Shown: in pieces, positions 51,303 through 60,542 of the stretch
How positions within the stretch are numbered: position 1 is the first letter of the stretch
Layout of the letters: every line of letters starts with the position of its first letter
Source of the DNA: an uncultured Bacilli bacterium
Lineage (GTDB): Bacteria > Bacillota_I > Bacilli_A > RF39 > UBA660
Assembly: GCA_950097225.1 (NCBI GenBank)
Contig: CATNCE010000002.1
Span: forward strand, 5,495-69,494
Reading direction: 5' to 3'
DNA: 64,000 nt
The notes under the pieces: generated by a model
Told to the model about the DNA's origin: nothing
The model's database searches: none
What the model saw: the letters and a program-made list of their open reading frames with translations, nothing else
Translations under genes and position numbers: made by a program

Positions 51303-51544
51303 TAATTTTCGATATAGCTCCTTACAATAGTTTCTAATATTTCGCCACGATCAAGAGACAAAAGTTTATTGCGAGCATCTTTGTGGTTAGTTATATAACC
51401 GGGATCCCCACTTACTAAGTAACCAACTATTTGACTGATAGGATTGTAGCCTTTTTCTTTAAGAGCATCAGTTACCTCCATTAATGTAGTCTCAACTAAT
51501 GCACTCTTTATTTCATCAATATTAAATAGAGTTGTGTTGTCCAT
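51302..51544 (-). CDS. ireB: IreB/UPF0297 family regulatory phosphoprotein (YrzL-like)
   Basis: ALKEKGYNPISQIVGYLVSGDPGYITNHKDAR. Confidence 0.8.
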   Translation of the reverse strand: MDNTTLFNIDEIKSALVETTLMEVTDALKEKGYNPISQIVGYLVSGDPGYITNHKDARNKLLSLDRGEILETIVRSYIEN

Positions 51545-51613
51545 AAAATCACCTCTAGTACATTAATTTTATCATATACCAGAAAATATAACAATATTTG
51601 CGAATGTATTTGC

Positions 51614-51640
51614 AAAGAAAAAAATCTCAGCTCTGAGATT
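51614..51640 (-). terminator. Rho-independent terminator after trxA
   Basis: Minus strand AATCTCA-GAGC-TGAGATT followed by TTTTTTCTTT. Confidence 0.65.
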
Positions 51641-51936
51641 TAATTTTTAGAATTTACAAAATCAATAATGTCTTCTTTACTTTGTAAGCCGATTAACTTA
51701 CCAGTATTTGTTCCATCTTTAAATAAAACAAGAGTTGGAATACTCATAACGCCAAATGCACTTGCAAGTTCATTGTGTTCATCAGTATTAACTTTAAGGA
51801 CATTAACATCTTCAAGAGTTTCTAGTATTTCGCCCATTCTACGGCATGGTCCACACCAATCAGCGTAAAAATCAACTAGCACTACTCCACTTTTTACTTC
51901 TTCTTCAAAATCATTTTCTTTTAAATATTTTATCAT
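51640..51936 (-). CDS. trxA: Thioredoxin
   Basis: WCGPC active site. Start moved to ATG 51936 (AAGGAG, 8-nt spacer). Confidence 0.9.
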   Translation of the reverse strand: MIKYLKENDFEEEVKSGVVLVDFYADWCGPCRRMGEILETLEDVNVLKVNTDEHNELASAFGVMSIPTLVLFKDGTNTGKLIGLQSKEDIIDFVNSKN

Positions 51937-51937
51937 T

Positions 51938-52495
51938 TTATACACTCCTTACATATTCAGTATCACTAATAATAGATATTTTATTCGCATATTCTTCTAA
52001 CATCATGTTAACTTTAGAGATAACTTCTAAGCATTTAGTACTTATAGCTTTTAAAACACGACTAACAAGTTCTTCAATTTCCTTGATGTTTTGGCAGCGA
52101 TTAAGAAGACTTGTCAAGTACTCGATGAAGAAACGTACATAGGCGTTTTCTAACCCAAAGGTAGGGTTTATTGAGGTAGCAATATCTTCAATTGAAAACG
52201 ACGATTCCCCTTCATTACGCAATTTTATTTTATCAATTATTACTAAATTATAGCCCTTTTTAGCCTGCATTACCAAGTCATCGACCACTTCAGTAAATGG
52301 TTTAGGACTTTCACTTAACTTAACTAAATTCGTGTTATCTAAGTGATTAGCTAGCTCATCAATAGCTTCTAAAACGGTGATGTTTGATTTACCGATATTA
52401 ATTAATTTATCTAAATCAGCATGATACTTATTTTTGGCCTGCATAACGATGTCGGCTTTTAATTTAGGTAGTTCCATTTCTTGATTAATTTCCAT
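51938..52495 (-). CDS. Hypothetical protein (185 aa)
   Basis: ORF only. Its stop lies 1 nt before the trxA ATG. Confidence 0.4.
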   Translation of the reverse strand: MEINQEMELPKLKADIVMQAKNKYHADLDKLINIGKSNITVLEAIDELANHLDNTNLVKLSESPKPFTEVVDDLVMQAKKGYNLVIIDKIKLRNEGESSFSIEDIATSINPTFGLENAYVRFFIEYLTSLLNRCQNIKEIEELVSRVLKAISTKCLEVISKVNMMLEEYANKISIISDTEYVRSV

Positions 52496-52499
52496 AAAA

Positions 52500-53210
52500 T
52501 CACCTCTTATTTTCTATTAGCTCATCAAACTCAGCAATATCGAGTTTACCTTCTTTATGAAGATTAATTGCTGTTTCTTTATTTATAATATCATACTTTA
52601 ATAATATTTCCATAGTTTCTTTGTTAATTTCATCTTTAGGAACATCTGAGTCAAGCTTCTTAACTAGATTATAAATCTCTTTTATTGAGTGATTAATATC
52701 TTTAGTGGCAGAAGATAAAATCGGAGTTCCATTTAAAAGACCTTTACTCACTTTGCTTTCGTTTACAAAGTGACTAGTAGCTGGAATCATACTTAAAATG
52801 AATATGATGATAAAGCTAATAATGACATAACGAACTGTATTAATCAAAGACCCTAAAAGTTTATTTGGTAAGCCAAGAATAATGGTTGCATTGATTACTT
52901 TATTAAATATACCAGTTAGTTTTAGTAGTAATTTAAAGGCAATCGTTATAAGGATCGTTAAGATAAAAAAGGCGATGGCTTCATACAAGAGAATATTAAA
53001 TGATGTAATGCCAGCAAATATACCATTAAATTTTAGGAAGGGAAAATGCGAGATTAGGATTAAACTAATCGGCCCTTTAAGGATAAACGCCAAAACAAAG
53101 ATAAGAATTGATGCCACTAAGTTAACAGCGCTAGTTAGCATTCCCTTTTTCCATCCTTCAATAAAACCAATCACAAGTAACATGATAATAATAATATCTA
53201 AATAAATCAT
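52500..53210 (-). CDS. cvpA: CvpA-family membrane protein with a soluble C-terminal extension
   Basis: MIYLDIIIIMLLVIGFIEGWKKG plus further TM segments. Start moved to ATG 53210 (AAGGAG). Divergent to rnhC, as in Bacillus. Confidence 0.65.
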   Translation of the reverse strand: MIYLDIIIIMLLVIGFIEGWKKGMLTSAVNLVASILIFVLAFILKGPISLILISHFPFLKFNGIFAGITSFNILLYEAIAFFILTILITIAFKLLLKLTGIFNKVINATIILGLPNKLLGSLINTVRYVIISFIIIFILSMIPATSHFVNESKVSKGLLNGTPILSSATKDINHSIKEIYNLVKKLDSDVPKDEINKETMEILLKYDIINKETAINLHKEGKLDIAEFDELIENKR

Positions 53211-53326
53211 ACGACACTCCTTAGGTAAGTAAAATAGCAATAATCTGCTATGTTCCTGATATTAATTATATATAATTATATTTTAAAAAGCAATAAATTA
53301 TGTTAAAATTAATGGCAGGTGATTGT

Positions 53327-54280
53327 ATGAAGCAGCAAACTATTGTGTTTAAAGTGTCGGATAATTTGAAAGATGAGATGATCAAATTTTATGAGGATCG
53401 TTTTTTAGATAAAAAACCTCCCTATTCGGTATTTCAAGTCAAAGATTATGATTGTGTCATAACACTTTATGAGTCTGGAAAAGTAATGTTTCAAGGAATT
53501 GGAGCAGACATTGAGGCTAGCTATTGGACGGAGCAAGAACGAATTATTAATAAACGCGATATCGATGGTGAAATAAACAAGGAAAAAGAAAAAAAGGAAG
53601 AGAAAAAAGAAGACTTAAAGGACGATAGATTCAAGGGTGTTGCTACGATTGGTTCTGATGAGGTTGGAACGGGAGATTATTTTGGTCCAATAGTTGTGAC
53701 TGCTTCGTATGTTTCTAAAGAAAAAATAGCTAAATTATATGAATTAGGTGTAAGGGATTCTAAAAAGGTAACTGATGATAAAATCCGCAGTATTGGTCCT
53801 ATTCTTATGAAGGAGTATCCACATGTAACATATATTTTAAATTGTTCAACTTACAATAAGTGGGGAATTACTAATATGAATCAGGTTAAGGCAATTTTAC
53901 ATAATCGCGTTTTAACAGAATTAAATAGCAAGGCAAAATTTGATTATAAATATATTGTGGTTGATCAGTTTTGTTTCCCTACTCTTTATTTTAAACACAT
54001 TACTAAAGCTAAGGACAAGACGACTAATATAACGTTTACAACGCATGCTGAAGATAAGTGTTTAAGTGTTGCCGTTTCAAGTATAATAAGCCGCTATATA
54101 TTTTTAACAGAGATGGATAAATTGTCTGCTAATTTAGGCATGAAAATTCCTAAGGGAGCATCAGGCACTGTTGATGAAGTCGGAGCGGCAATAATAAAAA
54201 AATATGGTATGGATAAGTTACCAGAAATTGCAAAATTAAATTTTAAAAATACGGACAAAATAAAAGCTCTTATAAATTAA
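53327..54280 (+). CDS. rnhC: Ribonuclease HIII
   Basis: GSDEVGTGDYFGPIVV catalytic block and the N-terminal RNase HIII-type domain. Start moved to ATG 53327. Confidence 0.85.
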   Translation: MKQQTIVFKVSDNLKDEMIKFYEDRFLDKKPPYSVFQVKDYDCVITLYESGKVMFQGIGADIEASYWTEQERIINKRDIDGEINKEKEKKEEKKEDLKDDRFKGVATIGSDEVGTGDYFGPIVVTASYVSKEKIAKLYELGVRDSKKVTDDKIRSIGPILMKEYPHVTYILNCSTYNKWGITNMNQVKAILHNRVLTELNSKAKFDYKYIVVDQFCFPTLYFKHITKAKDKTTNITFTTHAEDKCLSVAVSSIISRYIFLTEMDKLSANLGMKIPKGASGTVDEVGAAIIKKYGMDKLPEIAKLNFKNTDKIKALIN

Positions 54281-55199
54281 GTAAGAACTCTTTTATCTCA
54301 TAAATGGCTTTATAGCCATTTTTTAATTTTAGATCTAATTCTGATAGAGAGATAATGATATCTCTTAGTTCATCTAGCGTGTATATTTTACTATTCTTTT
54401 TCATGACATAAACACGTCCTGTCCCTGAGTACCCAAGCTTTTTAGCAATTTCTTCGTCAGTTAAACCATGATTAACGGCATCTCTTACCATATACATATT
54501 AGTGTAACTAGAAGCCAAAAGTCCTAATATGGCAAATTCATCGACCCCACTTAGTAAAAGTTTATCAAATAAGCCAAAGGCTTTTCCAAAGTTTTTATTA
54601 ACTACTGCATTAGAGAATTCAAATGAATCAATATTATCTAAACTGATACCATATTCTTTGATGATCTCTAAAGTTATATGAGAAGAAACGTTGGATAATT
54701 TATCGATTTCTTGAATAGCAACATCTATATTCTTTAGACTGCGGCTTAGCAATTCGTTAGTGGCGGGGGTATCAATAGTTATGGAAAGAGATTCAGCATA
54801 GCTAGCAATAATACTCACCATCTCTTCATCGCCAATCTCGCTTTTATCGATAATAGTGCCATTTAGCTTAAGTACACTTTTAGTTATATCCTTACTTTTT
54901 AAAATACCATCACAGATAAAAATAATGGTTATACTTTCATCTAAGTGTTCTAAAAAAGAAATAATAGCTTTGCTCTCTTCTTCGTAATTAGATTTACCAG
55001 CAAAGTATTTAACATCTTTGATGATGATTATGCGATCTTCATTAAAAAGGCCAAGATAAGATGCGTCGTCAATACAGTCGTATATAGTCGTATCATTTAA
55101 TGACTCAACAGTGATATTAGTATTTGTAAGGGCGATGGCCGCAATTTCCTTATTAATGACATGATAGCTTGAGCTAGCTAATAAGTAAATTTTTCCCAT
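54270..55199 (-). CDS. holA: DNA polymerase III delta subunit (HolA)-like
   Basis: Length and pattern: IYLL..., LFNEDRIIIIKD..., EIDKLS..., LSELDLKLKNG. Call is from pattern memory only. Confidence 0.6.
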   Translation of the reverse strand: MGKIYLLASSSYHVINKEIAAIALTNTNITVESLNDTTIYDCIDDASYLGLFNEDRIIIIKDVKYFAGKSNYEEESKAIISFLEHLDESITIIFICDGILKSKDITKSVLKLNGTIIDKSEIGDEEMVSIIASYAESLSITIDTPATNELLSRSLKNIDVAIQEIDKLSNVSSHITLEIIKEYGISLDNIDSFEFSNAVVNKNFGKAFGLFDKLLLSGVDEFAILGLLASSYTNMYMVRDAVNHGLTDEEIAKKLGYSGTGRVYVMKKNSKIYTLDELRDIIISLSELDLKLKNGYKAIYEIKEFLLNL

Positions 55200-55208
55200 G
55201 TTATTCAC

Positions 55209-55679
55209 CTAACTCCTCTCTTTATGGCATGTATATTCTTCTTTTAATACCTCTTTAATTTGATTAATATTTGAATTAAAAGAAATGTTTTTCGATTGCA
55301 TATAATTATTGAAAAATCCTTCTTTATTTAAAGTTTTGATATAGGTGTATATTTCAACTTTATCACCCTTTTCACTTAATTCATAACGAAGATCATCATC
55401 TAAATGGTTTTTAATTTTTTCATATGTCTCATTGTAGGTTTCAGTTAATTCTGCTTTTTTATTAGTATCCATCACTTCAATGCGTTCATATTCATACATA
55501 ATTCCCTCGATAAAATTAAATTTTAACGTTTCTTCGTAGTTTTCGTAAGGAGTATTGTATGTACATATCAACCATTTTTGGATATGGGTTTGATTAAATT
55601 TAGCTTGGCTATATAAAGAAATACCAACAAATGCAACTAAGACAATAGCAATTTTAATCCATGTATTTTTATCTAACAT
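55209..55679 (-). CDS. Hypothetical membrane-anchored protein (156 aa)
   Basis: N-terminal TM segment WIKIAIVLVAFVGISLY. No family recognised. Confidence 0.4.
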   Translation of the reverse strand: MLDKNTWIKIAIVLVAFVGISLYSQAKFNQTHIQKWLICTYNTPYENYEETLKFNFIEGIMYEYERIEVMDTNKKAELTETYNETYEKIKNHLDDDLRYELSEKGDKVEIYTYIKTLNKEGFFNNYMQSKNISFNSNINQIKEVLKEEYTCHKERS

Positions 55680-55753
55680 AATACCCTCCGTATATTCATT
55701 ATAGCATGTCTAGACACATTTTACTTATTTTTTGTTTTAATTTACTTTTGGAC

Positions 55754-55782
55754 TTGCACAATTAAGTTTTTTTTGTTAGAAT
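55754..55782 (+). promoter_or_regulatory. Candidate sigma-A promoter for tRNA-His
   Basis: TTGCAC (55754-55759), 17-nt spacer, TAGAAT (55777-55782). The tRNA starts at 55795. Confidence 0.5.
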
Positions 55783-55794
55783 TAATGGTGTTAT

Positions 55795-55871
55795 GGCGGA
55801 ATTGGTGAAGTGGTTAACACGGTAGATTGTGGCTCTATTATGCAAGGGTTCGATTCCCTTATTTCGCCCCA
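55795..55871 (+). tRNA. tRNA-His (anticodon GTG), with encoded G-1 and 3' CCA
   Basis: Hand-folded. Acceptor stem GCGGAAT/ATTTCGC, with G-1 opposite discriminator C. Anticodon stem GTAGA/TCTAT, loop TTGTGGC. T arm GGGTTCGATTCCC. Confidence 0.9.
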
Positions 55872-55880
55872 TTTGAAAAC

Positions 55881-55918
55881 AACTTACGGATTGTAAAATG
55901 TTCGTAAGTTTTTATTTT
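55881..55918 (+). terminator. Rho-independent terminator after tRNA-His
   Basis: AACTTACG-N14-CGTAAGTT followed by TTTATTTT. Confidence 0.7.
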
Positions 55919-56288
55919 ATATAAAAGTTAAGGTTCTCTTTCTAGGAAGGAGGACTTTTTTGGGGGTTGGAATTTGAAACTATTTAAACTTTAAAGTCGA
56001 ATAATGACTATCTAATTACATATACTACCTTCTATATGTGCGTATGTTCCGACATATCTTCCTACTTTTGACACTGTCCCTATCGCATTTGTTTTTTCTC
56101 CCCATTCTTTAACTGATTTTACTATAAAATTTAAAACGAAACAATACATTCTCATAAATCAACACCTGCCCTAGGTTTAAATTCAAATTTCTTCTCGTTT
56201 TGTTATACAACATATTTTAAGCTATTTACTATATAAACTTGTATATGCTTACTTTATCAGCTATAATATGCAACAATGAGGAGATAAT

Positions 56289-57107
56289 ATGGGAAAAAAT
56301 GATGATAGAAAAAGTTTTAATTATGAAAGACACGATTATCTAAGTTTTATTAGAGATGAAAATACACAAATGATAAAAAATGCCTTTTTAACTTGGGTAA
56401 ATTCACTAGTGGCGTTTGGGGTAAATAGTCCTGTTACTAAAGATGTTTTAAAAGCTATTAAAGAATTTATTGAAATTGGAAAATATGAAAAAAGCATGCT
56501 TAAATTCATGAGTAAACACTTGAGTACACTTGATATAGGTTCAGTAGAAGAATTAATTGATTTTATGAATAGCACTAAAGAGTTAGAGATTGAATATTAT
56601 GAAACTATTTTTGCTGATGTAGCGATGGCAGCTTCCATGAAAGAAGATTACCGAGCAAAAAGAATAAAGAAAGGACATGTATCAATAAAAGATAATGAAG
56701 AGTTTAAAAATAATCTGCTAGCTGCGATTTTTACAACTGATGATATACTTAAGATGTATAGTGATGCACCAGAATTTGTTGATTTTATCAAGAAACGCAT
56801 TATTTCTAATTTTGATATAACTGATGCTGAAGATGATTATACAGGTGTTTTATATAAGCTTGATGATAATGGTATTGTGAGTGATTTAAAAGTTATTTTA
56901 CCAACTATAATCGATTATGTTACATTATTAAAAGCGGTTAATTTACTTTCAAAAGCCCGCTTGATGTACTGCAATATGAGAGATACAGAAAGTGTATATG
57001 ATATGAATGATGATGCGGATATTTCCCGTGTTTATGAAGATGCTAGCTACTATGATGATATATTTTTAAAAGATTTTAATGATAAAAAGGTGCGCTTATT
57101 AAAATAG
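56289..57107 (+). CDS. Hypothetical protein (272 aa)
   Basis: GAGGAG upstream of the ATG. No family recognised. Confidence 0.4.
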   Translation: MGKNDDRKSFNYERHDYLSFIRDENTQMIKNAFLTWVNSLVAFGVNSPVTKDVLKAIKEFIEIGKYEKSMLKFMSKHLSTLDIGSVEELIDFMNSTKELEIEYYETIFADVAMAASMKEDYRAKRIKKGHVSIKDNEEFKNNLLAAIFTTDDILKMYSDAPEFVDFIKKRIISNFDITDAEDDYTGVLYKLDDNGIVSDLKVILPTIIDYVTLLKAVNLLSKARLMYCNMRDTESVYDMNDDADISRVYEDASYYDDIFLKDFNDKKVRLLK

Positions 57108-57647
57108 ATGAATATATTTGATAAGCATTTTTATTCCTAAAAGCATAAGAATTATACCACCTATTTTTTTAGCTGGTATTTTTATTTTGTCTTTTAAAAT
57201 ATGCCCTAAAATAATTCCTATTATAGATAATACAAACGTTATTAAAGCAATAATAGCTGCTGGATAGTAAATACTATCTATCATTAGAGAAGCTGTTACA
57301 CCAATAGAAAATGCATCAAGCGAGGTTGATATAGCTAAAACAAGCATCGTCAAGATATCAAACTTGTCATTCTCTTCTTCTTTTTTATCAAGGAATCCCG
57401 ATAAACCAATAATAAATAAAACGAGAAAACCAATTAAATAATTATAACGAATTAAATATTTACCAATATTTAAAGACAAGATAAACCCTAAGATTGGCAT
57501 TAAGCCTTGAAATACACCAAAGAATATTCCCACTTTAGAGATATAGGATATTTTTAACCTGTTAACGGAGAAACCTTTGGATAAAGCAACAGCAAATGCG
57601 TCACTTGCTAAAGATACTGCAATTAAAATTATTTCAAAATTGTTCAT
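57099..57647 (-). CDS. mntP: Manganese efflux pump MntP
   Basis: Duplicated LASDAFAVAL / STSLDAFSIGV motifs and 6 TM-like segments. Confidence 0.8.
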   Translation of the reverse strand: MNNFEIILIAVSLASDAFAVALSKGFSVNRLKISYISKVGIFFGVFQGLMPILGFILSLNIGKYLIRYNYLIGFLVLFIIGLSGFLDKKEEENDKFDILTMLVLAISTSLDAFSIGVTASLMIDSIYYPAAIIALITFVLSIIGIILGHILKDKIKIPAKKIGGIILMLLGIKMLIKYIHLF

Positions 57648-57737
57648 AGTACATTATATATTTTAATGGCTATTTTATGAATCAATATTGCATGAATATA
57701 TAAGAGATTAAATCATATACTAGTAATGTGATGATAA

Positions 57738-58187
57738 ATGCAAAAAATTAAAAATATATTTTATATCTTTTTTCCGTTAGCTCTAAGTATATGTTGTGCA
57801 TTTTTAATTAGGGATCATATTGATTATCAATATTTAATACGTCCTAAGTTAGCGCCTAGTCCACATGTATTTGGAATAGTTTGGACGATCCTTTATTTAC
57901 TACTTGGAATATCGTTTTATCTTTATAAAAAGAATACAATTGATGGAAAAGTAGATAAGGTTTACTATTTAGTTTTATTTTTGAATAATATTTGGCCATT
58001 ACTATTTTTTAATTTAAAGTTTAGATTTATTGCTACTGCAGAAATAATCGTTTTAGATATGGTCTCTTATGCAATGTTATTCTTGTTTTTTAAATATCAT
58101 AAAAAGAGTTTTTATTTAAATATTCCTTATGGATTATGGATTTTATTTGCTACATATCTTTCATATAGTATTTATTTACTAAATTAA
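57738..58187 (+). CDS. tspO: TspO/MBR-family membrane protein
   Basis: PSPHVFGIVWTILYLLLGIS, ~150 aa, five hydrophobic segments. Confidence 0.65.
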   Translation: MQKIKNIFYIFFPLALSICCAFLIRDHIDYQYLIRPKLAPSPHVFGIVWTILYLLLGISFYLYKKNTIDGKVDKVYYLVLFLNNIWPLLFFNLKFRFIATAEIIVLDMVSYAMLFLFFKYHKKSFYLNIPYGLWILFATYLSYSIYLLN

Positions 58188-58198
58188 AAAGTATCAAG

Positions 58199-58627
58199 CT
58201 AATTTGATACTTTTTGTATGCCATCCATTTTGTAAATGTGCCATGAATCATGAGCATAAGATTTTATTAAAATAGTTTCATAGTCATAGATGTGGTTACT
58301 TTCCATTTCGGCATAAGCAACATCTCCAGTTTTAAAGGAGAAATGGAAGTATAAAACATCATAAGAATTAGTTTCTTCTTTGATTTTATTTTCAATCTCT
58401 AAAGTATTACTTACTCCGTATTCAACAGTGAGTAAACTCGAATAATAGAATGTATCTTTATCCGTAAACTCCTTAGAAATAACGCGTACACCCTCCTCTA
58501 TTATTAATTCATCGTGATTATTAGTTCTATAAATAGTTGTCTCTAGTTTAGACACTGAATTTCCATTTTTAGGAGTACAGCCAGTTAAGAAAATAAGAGT
58601 TGCCAAAATAATAAATAATTTTTTCAT
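58199..58627 (-). CDS. Lipoprotein (142 aa)
   Basis: MKKLFIILATLIFLTGC lipobox. Confidence 0.65.
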   Translation of the reverse strand: MKKLFIILATLIFLTGCTPKNGNSVSKLETTIYRTNNHDELIIEEGVRVISKEFTDKDTFYYSSLLTVEYGVSNTLEIENKIKEETNSYDVLYFHFSFKTGDVAYAEMESNHIYDYETILIKSYAHDSWHIYKMDGIQKVSN

Positions 58628-58683
58628 ATAGAGCCTTCCTGATCATGTTAGGTTTATTATTGTTATTATAACACAAATTTATG

Positions 58684-59736
58684 TTATATATAACTACTGA
58701 TAATAATTTCTAATATTTCGATTAACATTTTTTTGGTTTTAGGATTGATGTTATTTATTCTTTTAATGACTTTAAGAATAGTTTTTAGTTTAAATAAATC
58801 GGGTATGGTATTGATGCCTTCATGTTCTAGCTCACTGAATAGTTCTTTTACAACTTGTTCTTGATCTTCATAAGAAATGGTGTCAATATAGTTATTAAGT
58901 TTCTCTTCTATGGCTGCTGATTTGTAGTGTTGTTTAGAAGTCTTAAAGTGATTATCTTCGATAACCCAGGAACTAGCAGCATGGGCTAAAATGTTCTTAT
59001 GGATTGATGCAACTATATGATAGTGATCATTATATAAAAGGGTGCCAATTAAGCTATAACTAGGAATGATATGCGTGTAATACTTCTTAATGCGTTCATA
59101 TTTAGGAGAATAAAACTCCTCTTTTCGAAGACCTGGACCATCATTAGAATAGATAGCTTTTATTTTAGGACGAATGAATATGTTAGCATACATTCCAGCT
59201 ACTAAAGCTAGATTACCACCCTTGGAGTGTCCTCCTAAAATAATGTTAGAATCCAGTAGTGATACTACTTCATTTAAATAATCAATCGCATATTTTTGAG
59301 CATCAACAGGAAATTTGAAAGCCATATAGGCGTCCTCTTTCCAGCCGCTTAATAGTTCATCTGTTCCTTCAAAAGCAATGTATTTGAGTTTTTTAGTAAT
59401 CTTAAATGTCATAGCAGAAAATTGGGAGTCAAGACTCGAGATATAACGATAATGCGATATTAGGATATCTTGATAACGAATAGATGTGCTAGCTAACTTT
59501 AATAATTTATAGGCATCTTTTTGAGCAAAGCCAATGCGATAGACACTTTTTTTATCATGAGTAGAAAAATACTCTTTCGCAGCTTGTTTAATAGTTATAG
59601 AATTTTTGTTTGAGGGAACTATCCTCGTAAAATCTAAATATGATAAACAGGCTAAGACTAAATTATCTACTTCATTAAATTCTTGTTCACTAAATGGATG
59701 GTGCCCAAATGTTTTTACATAATTAAAGATATCCAT
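58684..59736 (-). CDS. Mbeg1-like/DUF2974 alpha/beta-hydrolase (lipase-like)
   Basis: ILGGHSKGGNLA nucleophile elbow. Confidence 0.65.
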   Translation of the reverse strand: MDIFNYVKTFGHHPFSEQEFNEVDNLVLACLSYLDFTRIVPSNKNSITIKQAAKEYFSTHDKKSVYRIGFAQKDAYKLLKLASTSIRYQDILISHYRYISSLDSQFSAMTFKITKKLKYIAFEGTDELLSGWKEDAYMAFKFPVDAQKYAIDYLNEVVSLLDSNIILGGHSKGGNLALVAGMYANIFIRPKIKAIYSNDGPGLRKEEFYSPKYERIKKYYTHIIPSYSLIGTLLYNDHYHIVASIHKNILAHAASSWVIEDNHFKTSKQHYKSAAIEEKLNNYIDTISYEDQEQVVKELFSELEHEGINTIPDLFKLKTILKVIKRINNINPKTKKMLIEILEIIISSYI

Positions 59737-59739
59737 AAT

Positions 59740-60459
59740 TCACTTCCTCTTCTTCACATTGTTCTTAAGATTCTTTATAGTGTTCCGATTTAATTCTTTT
59801 AAATTTTCATTGATGTTCTTAATAGCGATGATAAAGTTAGGATATGAAGATTTAAGACGACGATAAAAAATGGAATTATTATCTAACCAATTTACTATAT
59901 ATTGTTTTAATTCTTCAGTATTATCCTTTTTACTTAATTTTATCTCACATTTAATTTTATTCAAAATAAAATATGAGAATACATTATCAGCAAGATAAAT
60001 GATAAAAATTATAGTAGCAACTATACTCTTGGTTTGCAAACTAAACTGGCTTAAAAGGTGCGCGATAGGTGGATGGATAATATAGACAACTAAAACACCT
60101 AATAAACCAAAAGGAATCATCGTCTCTAAGCAAATACGACCATTTAAATTATATTTATGATGTGAGTAATCCCAGAAGCGTGCTTTAAAAAGTTTTTCCA
60201 TAAAATAACTCGTAAAGTACTCTAAGATGGAACAAACTAGTATGGACTTTAAGAAGACAGCTAAAATGTCTCCTTTTAGGGAACCAATAAGGATGATTAT
60301 CGCAAGTACTCCATACCCATATATTGGACAAATGGGCCCAAGTAAGAACCCACGATTGATGAAGCGCTTTTTTTCAATGAGCTTACATATGACTTCTAGT
60401 AGCCAACCGAAAAATGCATAAATAATGAAATATAAAAAATATTCTATAATTAACGACAT
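59740..60459 (-). CDS. Polytopic membrane protein, DUF1113 / putative ABC-transporter type IV family
   Basis: YFLYFIIYAFFGWLLEVI N-terminus and several TM segments. Confidence 0.5.
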   Translation of the reverse strand: MSLIIEYFLYFIIYAFFGWLLEVICKLIEKKRFINRGFLLGPICPIYGYGVLAIIILIGSLKGDILAVFLKSILVCSILEYFTSYFMEKLFKARFWDYSHHKYNLNGRICLETMIPFGLLGVLVVYIIHPPIAHLLSQFSLQTKSIVATIIFIIYLADNVFSYFILNKIKCEIKLSKKDNTEELKQYIVNWLDNNSIFYRRLKSSYPNFIIAIKNINENLKELNRNTIKNLKNNVKKRK

Positions 60460-60542
60460 AGAGAAGCTCCTTTTTTTATTTTTAGTAATTTAAAAATGCA
60501 GACGATGTCTACATTTATTTTATCACTTCAAGCTAGCAATGT

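Noticed and set aside
50863-53205. Plus-strand ORFs 50863-51129, 51668-51868, 51846-52142 and 52882-53205
   Set aside because: They are antisense to well-supported ruvX, trxA, hypothetical and cvpA genes, and nothing supports them as genes.
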